64,000 nt of DNA from Anolis carolinensis (Eukaryota), in NCBI RefSeq assembly GCF_035594765.1, contig NC_085842.1, positions 218,747,747 through 218,811,746 on the forward strand, written 5' to 3'. The notes under the pieces are model-generated. The model searched no databases and was not told the DNA's origin. It saw only the letters and a list, made by a program, of their open reading frames with translations. The position numbers and the translations under genes were made by a program. Positions 51,222 to 63,728 of the stretch are shown here, piece by piece. Each line of letters starts with the position of its first letter. Position 1 is the first letter of the stretch.

Positions 51222-52337
51222 CAGGCACAGGCAAACTTTTTTTGCTTTAGTGCCACATTGTGGGCCCGACCAAGAGGAATGGTCCGGGAGGGAAAGGGCC
51301 TGTGAGAGGGTGGGGCTGGGAGGGGGCGGGGCAGGGCAGGGCCTAGGTCATCTTCAGGTTGTCCTGACATTAGCATGGGGCTGCTCACCTTATGCCGGGA
51401 GGAAGACTAGACATTCGACAACTGCCCTGATCCTCCTCGCCGATCCTTCTCCCCCGATCTTTGGGCTGTCTTCTTGGCATTGTGCTGGGAGGAGGGTGAG
51501 ATATGTGGTGGCTGAGAGCAGGGGCGGTTCAACCATAAGGCAAACTAGGCAGTTGCCTGTGGTGCCATCCTGTAGGGGGCGCCATTGAGGCAACTCTTGC
51601 CTCTGCCGCTGTGCCTGCCTCCGCAAGGAAGAAGGTGGCGGCTTCTCTGCTCCCCAAAGCGGAGAACGCCTTTCTTCTTGCCCTTTCCTTGAGACCAGGT
51701 CTCCGGGCTGCCTGACCATGTTCCAGAAGCATTTTCTCCTGATGTTTCACCCACATCTATGGCAGGCATCCTCAGAGGTTCTGAGGTCTGTTGGAAGCTA
51801 GGTAAGTGGGGTTTATATATCTGTGGAGGTCCAGGGTGGGAGAAAGAACTCTTTTCTGTTTGAAGCAAGTGTGAATGTTGCAGTTTGCCAGCTTGATTAG
51901 CATTGAGGTGCCTTGCAGCTGCAAAGCCTGGCTGTTGCTACCTGGAGGCATCCTTGGTTGAGAGGTGTTAGCTGTCCCTGATTGTTTCCTGTCTGAATTT
52001 CCCCTGTTTTCAGAGTGTTGTTCTTTATTTAGGCTTTTCCTTAATCCCTCCTTATTATCCAACATGTTTGCTTATCCAACACTTATTTTTCAGTGATTGG
52101 TTTGCGGGCGGGGGGGGGGGGGCGCCAAAATTCTGTTCACCTATATTTGAAAATTACCTTGGGCCAGCCCTGGCTGAGAGTGTTCCAGAGGCTCCCAGTT
52201 GCTGTGTGCCTTCCTACACACAGGATGTGGCAGGCTATCTTGTCCTTATGCTGAGAAGACAGGGGAAATGAGGAGGGCCTGAGGTAAGCATCCAGGGGGC
52301 TGCATCTGGTCCCCGGGCCTTAGTTTGCCCATGCCTG
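51222..52337. mobile_element. hAT non-autonomous element carrying Penelope and MITE fragments
   Basis: CAGGCACAGGCAAAC...GTTTGCCCATGCCTG; TSD TGCTAGAG/TCCTAGAG. Confidence 0.75.
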
Positions 52338-52514
52338 TCCTAGAGTCTTTACTACCTTAGTTCTCTGTGAACGGGGATTTAATTCCATTTTCCTGTCTCC
52401 CAACCAGGGCTATTTCAGAAGAAGAGTGGGGAAAAAGGAACAAATGGCTCAGTAGTATCTTGTGTTTGTTGAAATCTGAAGTTCTACCTTTCTAGTTTTG
52501 AGAAAGAAGTTGAG

Positions 52515-52534
52515 ATGGAGAGTTTACAGATCTG
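52515..52534 (+). CDS. C1S: C1S first coding exon (start of signal peptide)
   Basis: Acceptor tttctag at ~52495; ATG GAG AGT TTA CAG ATC TG|GTAAGT. Phase 2 joins the next exon to give [20 protein letters not shown]. Confidence 0.75.
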
Positions 52535-52822
52535 GTAAGTTATTCAAGGCCATGGCATACTTCACGAGTGTCGCAAGCCAAGGCACCCATCCCTTCTCTC
52601 ACCTAGGACTTGCCCAATTTTTTTTTACCAAAATGATTTTGCTTAACAACAATCCCTCTTTGCTCCCGTTTAAACATGATGTTAGATAGCTCTCAGAAAT
52701 TTTCAGGTGCTCCTCAGATGCTTGTCTCAGAAATTGAAACTTCTCTCTGTTCTTTCAGTTCTGAAGCATTTAGAAACAAACTACAGGTATATTTTTGCAC
52801 ATCATGAGACAGTAGAGGATTG

Positions 52823-53295
52823 TGCCAGCGTGAGTGTCAGGGTGCGTGCCGGGTGGTGGGTTTCTTCAAACTCCAATCAATCATCTTCTCCAGCACCCTG
52901 ATGAATTGGTTGCAATCGTCTGCCTCACCAATTCCTCTTCAATGTCAGACTCAAACACATCTGTAGTCTGAAGTCCAAACATTTATTCAATATCTATAAT
53001 ACATATTTACAAAGCACAGCAAAAGCCATCGCTCTGAGCTGGCATTCTTCTATAGCCTCTTCGCTCAGCTAGCACAGCTCAACACACACAGAGATAAGAA
53101 AGCACATTCCTCAGTACGAAGGAAGTTCCCAACCTACAAAACCGGAAACCATGCCTGATAGGTCATAGCAATCACAACAGGCTGTCAGTCAAAACTAGCC
53201 TGCTGTTAACGGTTTCATTACTGAAACACACACTCTTGCCTAACAGCAGAAAACACTTGATTTACATTTCATACACATACAACCATAATCCAACA
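52823..53295 (-). mobile_element. Solo LTR in a C1S intron
   Basis: TG...CA termini with perfect 5-bp TSD GATTG (52818-52822 and 53296-53300); AATAAA on the minus strand at ~52982. Confidence 0.7.
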
Positions 53296-53754
53296 GATTG
53301 GTTGGTAGCAGTACAATTTAAGGTTGAGAAACCAAGTTGTGATACAGATCTCATCACATGGAGACCTTTGATGCAGGGAATCTGAGGGGCAGCAGGACAA
53401 ATCGTGGGGCACGGGGCGAATCTATCGCTCAGCACTGCACATTGCCTGCTTGCTGAACAAAACGTATCTTTCCGGCTTGCTCCCGCACTGTCCTCAACAT
53501 TTCTAATCTGGACATGAGTAGACTCCCATGGTCAGAGTTCACCTTGTAGAAGACTTCATCATTGCAGCCAGCACAGAGCAACACCAGAAGTAGCTGTGTG
53601 TCATGTGATGAGATCCGGCGGGTTCCATGCTAGCTGCGTTGGCAAAATTTGCCAATGTGTTGAGGTTGTAGACTCTTCTGGCCTCTTGGAGCACGGACAG
53701 ACAAGGGCTGAGTGTAGAAGTGGCAAACAACTCAATTTTCTTTTCTCTCTCTAG

Positions 53755-53959
53755 GAGCTTCATCGCATGGTACTTCCTGGCTTGCACTGAAGCATCCTCC
53801 ATGTATGGAGAGATCCTCTCACCAAACTATCCTCAGGCATATCCCAACAATGCTTTAGAGTCCTGGGAAATAAACGTTCCTCCAGGTTATGGTATTCACC
53901 TTTACTTCAGCCACCTGGATATAGAGCCATCTCAAAACTGCGAGTATGATTTTGTGAAG
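53755..53959 (+). CDS. C1S: C1S exon: end of signal peptide and first half of CUB1
   Basis: [54 protein letters not shown] matches recalled C1s ([16 protein letters not shown]); flanked by AG and GT. Confidence 0.92.
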
Positions 53960-55369
53960 GTAAAGGGCCATGAGTTTTCACTGGTGGGATCGGGGAGAAC
54001 GGAACAATTAGAATATTTGCTGGACAAAGATGTGTCATGCTGCTTAGGAGCACCATGGAGAAATTGCAAATTGTACTCTTCTGGTTACATTCAAAGGTCC
54101 TGATGTAGCTGACAGGTTTGTTTGTTTTTCAAATAAAGCTAAAAGTCATTGGCCACATATTTGTTTCCATTGTCTACTTTCACCTTGGTTTTGCTTGTGA
54201 TATGGATAATGGCATAATAATTATTATTTTTTAAAAAAGTAATGTCTAGCTATGACTCTTTGTCTTAGCTCTACTCAAAAATGGCAGTGTAAAATATAAA
54301 GAAAAGCATTTGACATTTCAAAACTGTATAACATCAGGTGTAATGTTGATACCATTTAATATATTTAGATGATGCATGCTAGGAATCTTCTTGTAATTGT
54401 GTAATATATTTATTTGCTCTGTGGATATTTCACTTTTTTTTTACATCAAAAATTAGCCACAGAAACACCCTGCTAGTTTTTGTTTTAATTTCAAGCCGCT
54501 CCACAATGTTAAGCTCTCATGAGACAGGGGTGTGTATTGAAAAGATATGAAAGAACATGCAGACAGTATCCCACAAAATTGTTCACTAAAAAGAAACGGA
54601 ACATTTCTATACAGGTTTATGAAGCCTATTCATGTTTGATGGGACTTGTTCTCTCAGTCTGTCTAGGATTTCAGCCTGAGTGACATACGAAGCTCCTTGT
54701 ATTTATGGTCTGTCTGTTCTACAATATTGCCCCTTACTTTTCGCTGCTAAATATTCTCGAACTATAAGCCTGCTCTGCATTCATACTTTCCCCGCTAAAT
54801 GATACTTTACGAAAAAGTCCAAATGCCAGAACTATCACATCACATTGAGATTCAGTGTCCAAACCTTCTTTCATTAATACTATATATCGGTGGTTCCCCA
54901 GATGTTTTGGCCTTCACCTCCCAGAAATCCTAACAGCAGGTAAACTGGCTGGGATTTCTGAGAATTGTAGATCAAAACACCTGGGGACTCACAGGTTGAG
55001 AACCACTGCTGTGTATAGTACTGTTGAGGCTAGGCTCCCTTTTGAGCCTCAGAAACCTGTTTCCCCAATAATGGATTCTGAGGAGAGGAGATGAGTATGA
55101 ACAGACTGTTTATTTTGCAAAACAAAGGTACTGTCGGGCAGCATGGAGAGAGAGAATGTCACACGGGATGCAACCTCCGTTAGGTTTTTATACATTTTCC
55201 AGGGAAATTTCACACCTCTGTGTTTTGCTGTTCTCAGCTCTTTGTCCTTTAATCTGGTCTTTTCTCATGCATGGTGCTTTTGATGAAACGTTTATCAAAA
55301 CAGTTCAAGACAAATGTCCGATTATAACCAATATTATCAATATAATATTGATAATATTGATAATATCGA

Positions 55370-55703
55370 GGAGCCCCGGTGGCGAAGTGCGTTAAAGCGC
55401 TGAGCTGCTGAACTTCCAGACCAAAAGGTTCCAGGTTCAAATCCCGGGAGCGGAATGAGCGCCCACTGTTAGCTCCAGCTCCTGCCAACCTAGCAGTTTG
55501 AAAACATGCAAATGTGAGTAGATCAATAGGTACCACTCTGGCAGGAAGGTAACGGCACTCCATGCAGTCATGCCGACCACATGATCTTGGAGGTGTCTAC
55601 GGACAATGCCGGCTCTTCGGCCTAGAAATGGAGATGACCACCAACCCCCAGAGTCAGACATGACTGGACTTAACGTCAGGGGAAAACCTTTACCTTTTTT
55701 ACC
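55370..55703 (+). mobile_element. Sauria SINE, full length
   Basis: GGAGCCCCGGTGGCGAAG head, B-box GGTTCAAATCC, ACCTTTACCTTT tail. Confidence 0.9.
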
Positions 55704-56920
55704 ATCTGGACCCTTTGAAGCCTCAGTGTGGCCCAATCAATCAAAATCAAACTACATCAAAATGACATTTCCAACCCTTACATCTAAAGCAGTTGTATTC
55801 CCAGACCCTCCACTTGCACCTCTAAGGAAGTGATGGTCTGTTTATTGCTGTCATTTGGTGTTTGTGGCAAACCCTCCTTTCAACTGCTGTTTGTGTTACA
55901 TACTTTCAAAGACACTAAAGCTACCTCCAGTTGATTTCTAAGACACTAAAGCTATTTTCCTGATCAATCTATTGCTATTTATTAATCAAATTGAATCAAA
56001 TTAAATCAGGCCCCTTGTGTCCCTTCAGTACAATCCACTGGATTCTCCCCCCGCCCCTTTCCTCTTTTGCAAGTCAGTAGGACTCTTTGATAGCTTCCTT
56101 GCATTTCACTGAAGCCACTGCACTGAAGTGCATTATATGGCAGTGTAGATGGGGACTGTGCTTCCTTTGGAGATATTATTGGAGAGTGATGGCTGAAGGG
56201 GTCGGATATCTGCTGCAGCCAAGTATAGAAAAGACAGGGAAAGGATATAAAGCACCCAACATTGCTGTAAGGTCCATTGCTGATGGAGATAATTTCTTTT
56301 ATGAAATTAAATGAACAGATAAGAAAGGAGATCTGACTGTGGGCATCAACAGTACCCTTCACCAGTACTGAGGCCTTATAAATGGCCCAAGATGGTCGAC
56401 CTCACAAGAAGGCTGCCCATGTCTTACCCTTCTTGACCATGATCTCTTCCTAATTTGCCAAGTTAAAAGAGGCATTGAGGTGCTTCTTAGAGCTCTGTGC
56501 ATAAAACTGAGGTGGGATGATAATACCCTAAAATGCAGAGGGTATTCTAGTTTGGATCTGGATTGAGTCACAAACACAGTAGATCCGAGTAGTCTTGATT
56601 ATTTAAAGTCCATAGTTTCCAATGGGCCAATTCAAAGTATGACTAATTTGGATCTAATTTCATGTACTATATATACTTGAAGATAAGCCAAGTTTTTCAG
56701 TCCTTTTTTTTTGAGGTGTAAAAGCCTCCCTTGGCTTTTAATGGGGTTAAGGTCAAGCCGGCAGTGGAGCCTGGAGGCCACTGCTTGCAATATATATTTT
56801 TTCCCTTATCAGTGTGTTTACTTTTCTAAAGCCTCCCTCGCTCTTAACCAAGAGAATGTTTTGAAAAGGGAAAGGAGTGGGAGAGAGGCCTTGCAAGTCA
56901 GGAAGAAGAAAATATATATA

Positions 56921-57243
56921 CAGTAGAGTCTCACTTATCCAATCTAAACGGGCCTGCAGAAGCTTGGCTAAGTGACTATCTTGGATAATAAGGAGGGATT
57001 AAGGAAAAGCCTATTAAACATCAAATTAGGTTATGATTTTACAAATTAAGCACCAAGACATCATGTTTTACAACAAATTTGGCAGAAAAAGCAGTTCAAT
57101 ACACAGTAATGGGATGTTGTAATTACTGTATTTACAAATTTAGCACCAAAATATCACGATATATTGAAAACATTTACTACAAAAATGGCTTGGATAATCC
57201 AGAAACTTGGATAAGTGAGGCTTGGATAAGTGAGACTCTACTG
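56921..57243. mobile_element. MITE family A copy (opposite orientation)
   Basis: Same TIRs and TA duplication. Confidence 0.9.
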
Positions 57244-58028
57244 TATATCCATTTCTCTTATAAAAGCATTTTCCCTGAAATATGTGTTAATCTCTCCTAC
57301 AGATATATAGGCATTTCCCCTTGCAAGCCTTTGCAATCCCTATGTACCTATATATCTCTATCTATCTATATATGAATTTTCCCCTCATATGTTTACAGGT
57401 TTTTGCAAATCCTATATACATATAATATCTTGAGATTTCCATGTACCTGTATTTTTACATCTATATGTATACATTATTTTTATATATGAATTTTCCTCTC
57501 ACATGTTTGCAAGTCTCTGCATATCCTATATAGATATAATTATCTATATATAGAGAGATGTCTAGATAGATAGATATGAATATATTGGGCTTGCAAATAT
57601 TACAGGGTGGAAATGCACAAACATATATAGACATGTCCAGATATGAATAGATTTATCGGGCTTGCAAATATAGCAGGAGGGAAATGCACACACACATATA
57701 TATAGAGAGAGAAGATTTACAAACGTTTTAGGGGAAATGCATATGTGAAATTAGTATATATAATGATAGATCTATATCTAGCTCTGCATTGTTTATATAG
57801 GCATTGAATGTTTGCCTGTTACTATGTTGGAAGCCGGCCTGAGTCCCCATAGGGAGATACGGCAGGATACAAATGAAGTTTAATTATTGTTCTTATTATT
57901 ATAAAGTTATTGTTGATACTGTATTGTTTTTGTTGACCCTGCTTTTCCGCTTACAGAGCTAGTTTACTGTTTTTCTTTGAAATATGGTAAATATTCAAAA
58001 ATATTTAACCTACTGATGCCTCAATAAA

Positions 58029-58345
58029 CAGTAGAGTCTCACTTATCCAACATAAACGGGCCGGCAGAATGTTGGATAAGTGAATATGTTGGATAATAAG
58101 GAGGCATTAAGGAAAAGCCTATTAAACATCAAACTAGGTTATGATTTTACAAATTAACCACCAAAACATCAGGTTATACTACAAATTTGGCAGAAAAAGT
58201 AGTTCAATATGCAGTAATGCTTTGTAGTAATTACTGTATTTACGAATTTAGCACCAAAATATGTATTGAAAACACTGACTACAAAAATGCGTTGGATAAT
58301 CCAGAACGTTGGATAAGCAAGTGTTGGATAAGTGAGACTCTACTG
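58029..58345. mobile_element. MITE family A copy (opposite orientation)
   Basis: Same TIRs. Confidence 0.9.
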
Positions 58346-58603
58346 TACTTTTATTGGTATCTATTTTTATTTTGAAATTTACCAGTAGCTGCTGCATTTC
58401 CCATCCTTGGCTTATGCTTGAGTCAATAAGTTTTTTGAGTTTTTTGTGATAAAATTAGGTGCTTCGGCTTATATTTGGGTCAGGTTATACTCGAGTATAT
58501 AAGGTATATGGATTTCTGTTGTTCCACTTAGATATAATGCTAACAACCAATTATGACATATTTCAATTGCAGAGACCAACATCTGTCTGTCTGCCTCTTT
58601 CAG

Positions 58604-58781
58604 ATCATGTCTGGTAGCCATGTTGAGGGCCAGCTTTGTGGTCAGAAGACAAAACACTACCGTGGCTCTCATATCCTGGAGGAATTTCATATCCCCTATA
58701 ATACCTTGACTATTACCTTTCAGTCTGACTTTTCCAATGAAGAAAGATTCACTGGGTTTGCTGCTTATTACACTGCAGTGG
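58604..58781 (+). CDS. C1S: C1S exon: second half of CUB1
   Basis: IMSGSHVEGQLCGQ...FQSDFSNEERFTGFAAYYTAV|gtaagc. Confidence 0.92.
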
Positions 58782-59521
58782 GTAAGCCCTTGATGGATAT
58801 TTCTTTTTTCTTCCAGTGTTTACCTATGATGTGGGACCAGGAAAAGGCCAGAATTGTTAGTGCTCTTGAGGATTTGTCACATGTGATCTGAAATGCCCAG
58901 TTATATAGATGCTGAAAACACCACAGTATTTCTTCAATGGTGCCCATAGATGGCAAGGTGTGGGAAAGGACATATCATCATTATATCAATTAAACTGATT
59001 TTCTAAAATAAAAAATAGAATTGGTGCCCCTTGCACTCAGAGCACTCCTTTGACTTAATTCACCGAAAGTTGAACCCACTTCTAAAGGGACAGCCTAACT
59101 CACTCTCCCTTTCATTCAGGGAACAAATTGTGCGAAAAAGCACATAAGAGGGGTTGTTGAATGGCTTTATGTGTGTGTTTAAGATGAAGTAGATAAACTA
59201 ACCGTAAGATAGAAGATAGTAATTGTTCTCCAGATAACAATTTGAAGAAGTATAGCAAGGTACTTTCTCTCTTCGCATGTTTGCCTCTGTCTGTCTGTTA
59301 CCTTGTTCTCCAGATAGCAAAGCAACCCACGGGGAGAGTGACCAAGGCTCTTAAGTAGGATAAGGCATATGATTTGGAAGGAATTTGTCATTTTTCATTT
59401 TGAAGACATATAGCAAAGAACTTTCTCTCTTCGCATGTTTGTCTCTGTCTGTCTGTTACCAAAAAGGTAGCACTAGTTATGCTTCTACCACCAATGATGT
59501 ACCTGCCCTGTCATTGTCAGC

Positions 59522-59580
<59 letters not shown>

Positions 59581-59584
59581 TAAT
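59522..59584. repeat. (AAT)n microsatellite
   Basis: About 20 units, seen directly. Confidence 0.95.
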
Positions 59585-60399
59585 CTGGCAAAAGAAGGCT
59601 CTCCATGGGCAGTTCCTGGGAAAAATTGAGAGCCAAATTGACAAAGAAAAAACATGGCTGTGGCTCACAAATGGAACTTTGAAAAAGGAGACGGAGGGCC
59701 TGATTCTGACAGCCCAAGAACAAGCCATTAGGACCAATGCCATCAAAGCCAAAATTGAAATGTCGATGACAGATCCCAAATGCAGACTCTGCAAGGAAGC
59801 AGTTGAAACAATAGATCACATCCTCAGCTGCTGCAAGAAGATTGCAGACTACAAGCAGAGGCATAACACCATTGCTCAGATGATTCATTGGACCTTGTGC
59901 CACAAATAACATTTGCCTGCAACAAAGAACTGGTGGGATCACAAGCCTAAAAGGGTTACAGAGAATGAACATGTCAAGCTACTCTGGGACTTCCAAATTC
60001 AGACAGACAGAGTTTTGGAGCACAATACGCCTGTACTCACGATCGTGTTAAAAAACAAAGTATGGATTGTCGATGTTGCAATCCCAGGGCACAGCAGGAT
60101 TGACGAGAAACAACTGGAAAAGCTGACACGATATGAGGATTTAAAGATCAAATTACAAAGACTCTGGCACAAGCCAGTTAAGGTGGTCCCAGTGGTGATC
60201 GGCACACTGGGTGCAGTGCCTAAAGACCTTGGCCTGCACTTAAACACAATTGGCACTAACAAAATTACCATCTGCCAGCTGCAGAAGGCCACCTTACTGG
60301 GATTTGCACGCATTATTTGCTGATACATCACACAGTCCTAGACACTTGGGAAGTGTCTGGCGTGTGATCCAATACAACAGCCAGCAAAGTGTCTGCTGT
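59585..60399 (+). mobile_element. R4/Dong-clade non-LTR retrotransposon 3' fragment (CCHC plus restriction-like endonuclease)
   Basis: ETEGLILTAQEQAIRT...CRLCKEAVETIDHILSCC...RHN...LLWDFQIQTDR...VDVAIP...EKLTRY; abuts the (AAT)n tract; one in-frame stop at 59907. Confidence 0.85.
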
Positions 60400-60538
60400 N
60401 NNNNNNNNNNNNNNNNNNNNNNNNNNNNNNNNNNNNNNNNNNNNNNNNNNNNNNNNNNNNNNNNNNNNNNNNNNNNNNNNNNNNNNNNNNNNNNNNNNNN
60501 NNNNNNNNNNNNNNNNNNNNNNNNNNNNNNNNNNNNNN
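60400..60538. other. Assembly gap (N run)
   Basis: Run of N. Confidence 1.
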
Positions 60539-60853
60539 CATCTCCCCGAAGGGACTCAGGGCGGCTCACATGAGGACCAAGCCCAGCAATACAATAAAAT
60601 ACAATCACATAAATACATTTAAAACATATAAACATAAAATCATAAAACATAAAATACATTAAAATATACTCAGGCAATAGCTAATAGTCAGGCGCAGTGA
60701 ACATATACCACTGGGGGCAAGACAAATGCTGTCTGTGTACAATATCTTATAAACCTCTACTGAACAAACCGTAAGAAGTGCAGCATTGGTGGGGTTGGGT
60801 GGTTGTACCCCATCATCTTTTGTTATTTATTCCCCACTGTACATTTCTTACAG

Positions 60854-60979
60854 ATATGAATGAGTGCACAGATTTTGTAGAAGAGCCCTGCAGTCATTAC
60901 TGTAATAACTACATTGGTGGCTACTTTTGCTCTTGTCCAGCTGAATATTTCTTGCATGAGGATCAAAAGACATGTGGAG
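60854..60979 (+). CDS. C1S: C1S exon: calcium-binding EGF domain
   Basis: [42 protein letters not shown]|gtaaga; 126 nt, phase 1-1. Confidence 0.93.
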
Positions 60980-62032
60980 GTAAGAGACCGATTCATATTT
61001 TCCCAGTAATAGCACTCTTTATGTTCCTTGCTAATGTCTAAGCTGGGAAGAACTTTCTCATTCCACTTTGGAAAAGTGAAAATCTTTAGAAGCAGATACA
61101 TTGAGGGGAGTTCTGGCTACTCAGAAGCAGAGATAGATTAAATTAAATAAATCACATGACAAATATTCTTACACATTCTCAACCCATGTTCCTCTTTAAG
61201 CAAGGGAGAAGCTTTCATGAAAAACTGTTGAATGACTTGGTTCTTTCTAATTCTGGCTTATCAGAAATGAGCAAGTGGCTCAGTCATTCCTACTTGGCTC
61301 TTTCTGCCTGTGTGAGTGGTTAAATAAGCCAATAATAATAATAATAATAACAACAACAATAGCAACAGCAACAATAACAATAACAACAACAACAACTTTA
61401 TTTTTGTACCCCGCCTTCATCTCCCGAAGGGACTTGGGGCGGCTTACATATGGCACAAGGTATCTAAAACAATGCATAAAATAAACTTTGCTTTGGGTTG
61501 CTTGCTAAGTCCAAACGAGAATCTTTGGCCTTTTCTTATGACAGAAACACGAGCCAGAGTTTGGTCTTGAATTATAATTCTGTTTTGGCTGGTGGTCCTG
61601 GTCCAGATGTAAAACTCAACAAACTAGAGATGGAGGCTTCCTAGTTTATTTAGCTGCTCCTGTTGATAAAAGGAGTCAGAAAATGCAATTGAACAGCATG
61701 ATCTGGTACAGTTTTCATTTTTAAAAAATTTTGGCTTATTTCAGAAGTGATTGACATATGTCTACTTTCTACAAATTGGCACTGGTGGATTTAATGCTTC
61801 CATTATCAAACCTTTTAGATTTAAGATTTAAAAATTAAAACACGGAAAATTTGATTTCTTTGTAAACAAACCCCATAAACCAAACACTGATGATGTTTTG
61901 AATGTTCAGATAACAGGAAAGGAATGGACATTATAGAACTTAGTATTTGCAGAGATGTTTTACTTGCTTATGTGTGCATATGCGTACACGCACTCACTGG
62001 TAAAAATGGCTATTTGTTTTTTTGTTCATATA

Positions 62033-62340
62033 CAGTAGAGTCTCACTTATCCAATGTTCTGTATTATCCAACACATTTTTGTAGTCGATGTTTTCAATAA
62101 ATCGTGACATTTTGGTGCTAAATTTGTAAATACAGTAATTACTGCATAGCATTATTTCATATTGCACTACTTTTTATGTCAAATTTGTTGTATAACATGA
62201 TGTTTTGGTGCTTAATTTCTAAAATCATAACCTAATTTGATGTTTAATAGGCTTTTCCTTAATTCCTCCTTATTATCCAATACATTTGCTTATCCAACGT
62301 TCTGCCGGCCCATTTATGTTGGATAAGTGAGACTTTACTG
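62033..62340. mobile_element. MITE family A copy
   Basis: Same TIRs and TA duplication; short internal deletion. Confidence 0.9.
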
Positions 62341-62502
62341 TATCTCAAAACATTGATGTTATCCTCCTGGGGTAGGAAGAGGATGTTGAACACAAAGACT
62401 GAAAGATGCTGTCTTTAAGGTTTAAAGTAGTATCATTACCAAAATAAATATCATCTGCTAACTTTGTTTCTGATTTTCTGGCTTCTCTCTTTCCTAAACT
62501 AG

Positions 62503-62702
62503 TGAACTGCTCTGGGAATGTGTTTACTGAACTATCTGGCGAAATCACCAGCCCCAACTACCCTGAAGCATATCCGGAGAATTCGCATTGTGATTATCGT
62601 GTGGCTTTGGAGCCAGGATACCGGGTAGTCTTGACCATCCGAAAGGAGGACTTCGATTTGGAGCCAGCTAGTTTGGAAGGAAAATGTTCTGATGACTTAC
62701 GA
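62503..62702 (+). CDS. C1S: C1S exon: first half of CUB2 (gene continues beyond the window)
   Basis: VNCSGNVFTELSGEITSPNYPEAYPENSHCDYRV...KCSDDLR|gtaggt. Confidence 0.92.
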
Positions 62703-62750
62703 GTAGGTGATAGCAGAGAGAGATGAGGATGTCTGACTTTTCCTATAATT

Positions 62751-62928
62751 GGGTTGCTGTGAGTCTTTTGGGCTGTATGGCCATGTTCCAGAAGCTTTCT
62801 TTCCTGATGTTTCGCCCACATCTGTGGCAGGCATCCTCAGAGGTTGTGAGGTATACCTCATGGCCATACAGCCCGAAAGACTCACAGCAACCCAGTGATT
62901 CTGATCGTGAAAGCCTTCAACAATACAT
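62751..62928. mobile_element. Penelope-like inverted remnant (smaller copy at 6744-6850; longer fragment at 51705-52030)
   Basis: Same pLTR sequence; flanks TTTTCCTATAATT/TTTTCCTGTAATT. The 6744 copy is flanked by the AATTGGTTCA duplication. Confidence 0.8.
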
Positions 62929-63728
62929 TTTTTTCCTGTAATTGTTCTTGAATGTGTCTTGACTGTATGCTTCAAGCAATTAGTTGGAAGGCACACATGG
63001 AGGACAGGCCACCCTATGGTAGGAACCAAGCACAATGGCCCATTGCACTACCAGCCCTTTCCTTTTGCTTGTCTTTCCAGCACTCTGCTCCTGTTTGTTC
63101 TCCAGTATGTAAGGTAGATATTTGGCTGTAATCTGACAAGCTTTTGACCATGGAATCAGAAGAGAGGGTTTCTGTCTTGCGCCTTGCCCATCAACAGCAT
63201 GTTTTGCATTGGCCTTGCATTGGAGATGTAATGAATATTCACAAATTTTCATCCAGAAATGGTTTCTCAGTATCTCAAGAGGAGCCTCCGATGGCCTAGG
63301 GGATAAAAGCCTCATTACTTGAAGGTTGGGTTGCTGACCTGAAAGCTGCCAGGTTCAAATCCCACCCGGGGAGAACGCGGATGAGCTCCCTCTTTCAGCT
63401 CCAGCTCCATGCGGAGACATGAGAGAGCCTCCCACAAGGATGGTAAAACATCAAAACATCCGGGCGTCCCCTGGGCAATGTCCTTGCAGATGGCCAATTC
63501 TCTCACTCCAGAAGCAACTCCGGTTGCTCCTGGCACAAAAAAAAACTATCTCAAGACACCCCACTGAAAAGTTGCCTGAAAAAAGAATGAACAGCTCAGT
63601 GCTGTTTTACATTTTTGATCAAATTATTGCTGCTGCACAAAACTGTTCCTATATAAAAAAGTTTATATACAATTTTTAAAGAAATCCTTCAAAAACCAAA
63701 TACAACCAATCCCCATCAAAAACAGATA

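Larger units (their letters stand above)
56667..58504. mobile_element. Tc1/mariner-superfamily (Tc2-like) non-autonomous element carrying two nested MITEs
   Basis: Termini ta|CTATATATACTTGAAGATAAGCC and GGTTATACTCGAGTATATAAGG|ta form degenerate TIRs. Confidence 0.65.

Noticed and set aside
53514-53533. Alternative C1S start codons (ATG at ~53514 and ~53528)
   Set aside because: Neither has a phase-2 GT donor matching the 53755 acceptor; 52515-52534 fits, with a consensus GTAAGT.
53755-62702. Assignment as C1R or MASP instead of C1S
   Set aside because: [54 protein letters not shown] and VNCSG.VFT.L match recalled C1s better, and the EGF domain lacks the long C1r insertion.
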